Source: Eledone cirrhosa (lineage: Eukaryota). Taken from it: a stretch of 64,000 nt of DNA. The notes beneath the pieces are model-generated. The model ran no database searches. It had not been told where the DNA came from and worked only from the letters and a program-made list of their open reading frames with translations. The stretch is taken from NCBI GenBank assembly GCA_964016885.1, contig OZ024762.1, positions 7,564,001-7,628,000 on the forward strand, read 5' to 3'. The position numbers were made by a program, and so were the translations under genes. This document shows, piece by piece, positions 59,801 through 64,000 of this stretch (positions within the stretch are counted from its first letter, which is position 1; every line of letters starts with the position of its first letter).

Positions 59801-60470
59801 ATGAAAAACTCAGAGCTGTATGGGAGCCTCCCAGAAGTCAGCTCAAAAGTGACACAGAGGAGACTGAGGTTAGCTGGACATGCTCACCGACATCCAGACT
59901 TGACATTGCACTCAGTGCTCCTGTGGGAGCCCCTACATGGACACACTGGAAGAGGAAGACCGAGGTTAACATATGTTGAAGCCCTAAGGACAGACACTGG
60001 TCTGTTGGAGATGCAGGACATGGCAGCGATAATGAGGGACAGAGACCGCTGGAGAGAACTCGTCCATGGATCTCGGGAATTTCACCTGCCCTAGATAGAT
60101 ATATATATACATATATACCCTGCTATAAACACCACATTCACTGCTCATGCCACATGTTTCACATATATACACTGCTATATACACCGCATATATACACTGC
60201 TATATATACCACATATTCCCTCTGTTCTTGGAGTTTAAATCCCGCTGAGGTCAACTTCGCTTTTCGAGGTCAATAAAAAGGTACCAGTCAAATACTGGGG
60301 AGGTGGGTGGGGTGGGGGGATTCTTCCTCTATATCTCTTTCTATCTTTCTCTGGAAGAAATCTTGTGTACTCAGACCTGGAGAGGGATGGGCTTTGCCAG
60401 GCTTAAAATTCCCAAGAAATGCTGTATGTCAATAAAGCGACCCTCTCACTCTATCAGGGGTTATGGGGCC

Positions 60471-60519
<49 letters not shown>

Positions 60520-60717
60520 GTAGTTACCGATGATGTTGATCTTTTCTTCTTTTCAGGTTATAGCTATTGTTGCTGAGAGAGTAGGATTGGCTCAGTGCAC
60601 AGTCTTTCCTCACTTTAAAAAATATCTTCACGCACAGGCATTACACGATAGAATTATAATTAATAATTATTAATAATGGTATAGCGTGCAATGGCCATAC
60701 TTGATAACAAGGGGGCA

Positions 60718-60777
<60 letters not shown>

Positions 60778-63700
60778 AGAAACGAAGCCTGCATGCTCCG
60801 ATGGATGTGTAATAGTAATATACGCAAACGGCAAAGCATAAATGAATTGAGGGTGAGACTGAGCATCAGAGGAATCAAATGCTGTGTGCAGGAGGGCAGT
60901 TACGTTGGTATGGACATGTGTTGCGTATGAAGGATCACAGCTGCATAAAAAGGTGCAGAGCACTAGAAGTCGATGGAAGCCGTGGAGTGGGGAGACCCAA
61001 GAAGACCTGGGATGAGGTGATAAAAGCCGACCTTACCCAATTGCACCTCTCAAGAGCAAATGACACACGACCGTGACCTCTGGCATCATGCAGTAATACA
61101 GAAGACCAGACCCCCACAGGAACAAGCCGAAGCTGAAGCATATAGACAATATTGCCCCCACACCCTCCCACTGCAAAGTGGTCGTGGAGGTGCCACGGAA
61201 AAAAAGCACCCAGCATTCACTGTAAATGAAGTTGGTGTTAGGAAGGGCATCCAGCTGTAGAAATCAAGCCAGAATCAGTTCCTGTATGAGCAAGACAAGG
61301 TCAGCCGACCGGACACTGCCCACAACAGGACAACCCGTCTAACCCATGCTAGCGTGGAAGAACGGACGTAAAACGGTGATGATGATGATGATAATGATAT
61401 ATATATCCTTCTATATATTCACTACTATATACACCACATTCACTGCTCCATGTTTCACTTACATACGCCACATTCCCCACTGGCTCTATTCCTTTCATCC
61501 TTCCTCAACACATGACCCAACCATCTCACTCCATTTCTCTTCCCAACATCCATCACTGGCTCTATTCCTTTCACCCCAGTCACTTTCATTCTTCCCCAAC
61601 ACATCACCCAGCCATCTCTATCTCCATCCTTATCCAACCATGTTTGGCCAAGTCTTTCTTTGTTGTTATTGCTGTACAATCAAACCTTCCATTTATTTTG
61701 TAGGGGTTCCATTGACGACCACTATAAGGACAAAGATCATTAATACAACTCCGACTCACCACATTGCTCCATCTCTAGAAAAAGCTAATGAGAGTCAGGT
61801 TACAGATGTGGTGTTAGGGGTATTGTCTGCTGTACTAGGGGTGACTGTCATTTCTACTAGTGCCTTTTATTTGTGCAAGAAATACCAAAGGAACCAACGC
61901 ATACTTCGTTTTTACAGGTCAGTGTAGTCTTATTTGTGTTTTTTTGGGGGGGGATTTGGTGATAGGGGGGTTATTTAAAAATGGATAGCATTTTTTTTTG
62001 TCTGTTGGGGAGGGGAAAGACAATTAAATGGATCCTTATATCTTACTGCTACTTTATTTTATCAAACCCAGTGCATTACTGGTACTTTATTTTATCAACC
62101 CGATTTTGCCAATCCACTGCCTTAATAATAAGTTGGCACAAGGCCAACAATTTGAGGGGAAGGGGAAAATCGATTAAATCGACTCCAGTATATTACTGGT
62201 ACTTTATTTTATCGACCCCGTAAGGATGAAAGGTAAAGCTAACCTCGGCAGAATTTGAACTCAGAACGTAAAGGGCCGTAACGCTATGCTGAAAAGCATG
62301 GTATCCAACTCTTCTGATACTGAATAATAATGATAATAATAATAATAATAATAATTTTTTTAAAAACAAATGTGGGTTCTCTAGTGATAAATCTTTCCGT
62401 CATCAAGCCTAGCCAAATTTAACTTCCTATTTATAAATTATTTAACCATCTTGCCAACAACAACAACCGTGAGCACCTTTTTGAATTCCATATGTCTAAA
62501 ACACGTGGACATGCTTACAAAGTCAGAAAACATTTTTTTCACGCCCAGAGTTGCTGAAGCATGGAACAAACTTCCTGCATCAGTTGTTAGCTGTCGGGAC
62601 ACTGCATCCTTTAAAACCTCCATGGAACAAACTCCCTGCATCAATTGTTAGCTGTCGGGACACTGCATCCTTTAAAACCTCCATGGAACAAACTACCTGC
62701 ATCAGTTGTTAGCTGTTGGGACACTGCATCCTTTAAAACCTCCATGGAACAAACTCCCTGCATCAATTGTTAGCTGTCGGGACACTGCATCCTTTAAAAC
62801 CTCCATGGAACAAACTACCTGCATCAGTTGTTAGCTGTCGAGACACTGCATCCTTTAAAACCTCCATGGAACAAACTACCTGCATCAGTTGTTAGCTGTC
62901 GAGACACTGCATCCTTTAAAACCTCCATGGAACAAACTACCTGCATCAGTTGTTAGCTGTCGAGACACTGCATCCTTTAAAACCTCCATGGAACAAACTA
63001 CCTGCATCAGTTGTTAGCTGTCGAGACACTGCATCCTTTAAAACCTCCATGGAACAAACTACCTGCATCAGTTGTTAGCTGTCGAGACACTGCATCCTTT
63101 AAAACCTCCATGGAACAAACTACCTGCATCAGTTGTTAGCTGTCGAGACACTGCATCCTTTAAAACCTCCATGGAACAAACTACCTGCATCAGTTGTTAG
63201 CTGTCGAGACACTGCATCCTTTAAAACCTCCATGGAACAAACTACCTGCATCAGTTGTTAGCTGTCGAGACACTGCATCCTTTAAAACCTCCATGGAACA
63301 AACTACCTGCATCAGTTGTTAGCTGTCGAGACACTGCATCCTTTAAAACCTCCATGGAACAAACTACCTGCATCAGTTGTTAGCTGTCGAGACACTGCAT
63401 CCTTTAAAACCTCCATGGAACAAACTACCTGCATCAGTTGTTAGCTGTCGAGACACTGCATCCTTTAAAACCTCCATGGAACAAACTACCTGCATCAGTT
63501 GTTAGCTGTCGAGACACTGCATCCTATAAAACCTCCATTCTTCCTGAGATTTGCCAACACTACACCTGATATTGCCCCTCCATACACACATGTGTGTCTG
63601 TATATAACATGACTCATACACTGTTCACTTTCCTGACATTTGTACATTATTCTATGTACTATACATGCACCTTTGATGAGTTGTAGTGCATCTGAGCACT

Positions 63701-63876
63701 GTACACAAACATTTTCATTATTTTTTAAATGTGAGTGAATGAGAGGTTGTGGAGTTGATTCATTTCCCTGAAAAATACATCAGCAACATAAGTTCTTATT
63801 TTTTTTATATATATATATTTTTTTCTTTAGTATGAGGAGGAGAGAAAGTACCAATAGTCTATTCTGGTCTGCCTAG
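51980..63876 (+). CDS. Single-FN3 type I membrane protein, ~226 aa, 4 coding exons (FNDC4/5-like architecture)
   Basis: Exons 51980-52049 (ACCATGG; signal peptide [24 protein letters not shown]), 59058-59408 (acidic patch then FN3: [15 protein letters not shown]...[16 protein letters not shown]...SNTVQFIT), 61704-61917 (Thr-rich stalk, [24 protein letters not shown], basic KKYQRNQR) and 63831-63876 ([15 protein letters not shown]). All introns are GT-AG with phases 1, 1, 2; total 681 nt. Confidence 0.8.
52971..53165. mobile_element. Family C Penelope-like element with back-to-back hammerheads (intact + strand 53028-53078, degenerate - strand 52979-53025)
   Basis: Plus copy UUUC-CUGAUGA-UUUC(CUUC)GAAU-GAAA-CAG(UUCUAGUC)CUG-UA-GAAA; the inverted copy has AUGAUGA. 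Partial or degenerate copies at 17058-17165 and 51600-51722. Confidence 0.7.
53310..53765. repeat. ~60-bp degenerate minisatellite
   Basis: Units tgttatcaaccggttattgttatcaaaattagtgtcccaaacccc. Confidence 0.85.
54346..55018. repeat. 123-bp tandem repeat (~5.5 near-identical copies) of a piggyBac-type element end
   Basis: Unit starts at 54346, 54469, 54592, 54715, 54838 and 54961; units contain ...CTAAAGGGTTAA. Confidence 0.92.
55369..55445. mobile_element. Very short Tc1/mariner-type MITE
   Basis: CAGGGTGTCCCAAAAA...TTTTCGGGACACCCTG-TA; related copies near 42478-42581, 43250-43352 and 43725-43817. Confidence 0.7.
55600..55950 (-). mobile_element. Penelope-like 3' fragment: decayed endonuclease-like C-terminus plus hammerhead core (family E)
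   Basis: Minus strand CTGATGA-A-GGGC(TTAT)GCCC-GAAA-CG-TC at 55650 to 55623, with stem I not formed. An upstream decayed frame [14 protein letters not shown] resembles PLE GIY-YIG ends (RE..WI..L.T..P.GIN). Confidence 0.5.
55950..57380. repeat. Large compound microsatellite (CT/TA/CTGT, then GT/TA)
   Basis: Direct inspection. Confidence 0.95.
59058..59408 (+). CDS. FN3-TM gene exon 2 (FN3 domain)
   Basis: ttcctag acceptor, gtaatt donor; FN3 Trp and L-x5-Y pattern. Confidence 0.85.
59610..60094 (+). mobile_element. RTE-X-like LINE 3' end
   Basis: VWKSDL...[11 protein letters not shown]...[13 protein letters not shown]...RRLRLAGH...GRGRP...DRDRWRELV. Confidence 0.88.
60775..61115 (+). mobile_element. 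RTE LINE 3' coding fragment
   Basis: [11 protein letters not shown]...[10 protein letters not shown]...[15 protein letters not shown]. Confidence 0.85.
61704..61917 (+). CDS. FN3-TM gene exon 3 (stalk and transmembrane helix)
   Basis: ttttgtag acceptor, gtcagt donor; ~22-residue hydrophobic helix followed by a basic stop-transfer segment. Confidence 0.83.
62400..63720 (+). mobile_element. CR1/L2-like LINE 3' end containing a 61-bp x16 tandem array (62560-63538)
   Basis: [27 protein letters not shown] resembles the CR1-group ORF2 C-terminus; unit catggaacaaactacctgcatcagttgttagctgtcgagacactgcatcctttaaaacctc. Confidence 0.82.
63831..63876 (+). CDS. FN3-TM gene exon 4 (cytoplasmic tail and stop)
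   Basis: Acceptor ttttctttag in matching phase 2; [15 protein letters not shown]. Confidence 0.65.
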
Positions 63877-64000
63877 TGTGGGGGATAGTGTGAGGATGAG
63901 GAGAAGGATGAGGAGGAGGTTAGTCGAGTACATTTTCAGCTTGTATTCTTGCCTCTACCTATGTATGTGTGTAGCTGTATGAAGGTGTACGTATGTGTTT

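Noticed and set aside
58970-60094. 374-aa ORF as an FN3-RT fusion protein
   Set aside because: It is a read-through of SINE sequence, a real exon bounded by AG/GT (59058-59408), low-complexity intron and an RTE-X fragment that happens to be in frame.
60557-60660. Extra exon of the FN3-TM gene after a strong TTTCAG acceptor
   Set aside because: I found no convincing donor, it lies among (TA)n and repeat fragments, and the gene model is complete without it.

Overview
AT-rich, repeat-dense animal genomic DNA. It is most likely an octopus or other coleoid cephalopod, inferred from the clustered long single-exon C2H2 zinc-finger genes, the dense (TA)n/(CA)n microsatellites and the SINE/RTE repertoire. 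Genes read by hand: (i) three tandem-C2H2 zinc-finger genes (<2-952 +, 4634-5902 -, 10564-11946 +); (ii) a 24-coding-exon, ~762-aa DDX43-like DEAD-box helicase on the minus strand (46439 to 13812), with an unusual N-terminus made of a KH domain, a CCHC zinc knuckle, a Vasa-like DEEDWDAE motif and an RGG tract; (iii) a divergently oriented 4-coding-exon, ~226-aa type-I membrane protein (signal peptide, one FN3 domain, TM helix, short tail; 51980-63876 +) with FNDC4/5-like architecture. Non-coding DNA holds tRNA-derived SINEs, bipartite RTE-derived elements, RTE/RTE-X/CR1-like/CRE-like LINE fragments, piggyBac- and Tc1/mariner-type MITEs and many minisatellites. The most striking unannotated signal is a set of type I hammerhead ribozyme motifs from several unrelated sequence families (best folds at 9235-9305 +, 36181-36223 -, 44804-44852 +, 53028-53078 +). 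They sit in short, often fold-back, Penelope-like remnants inserted into (TA)n, and two lie in sense orientation inside host introns. No database searches or folding programs were run; all alignments and pairings are by eye.
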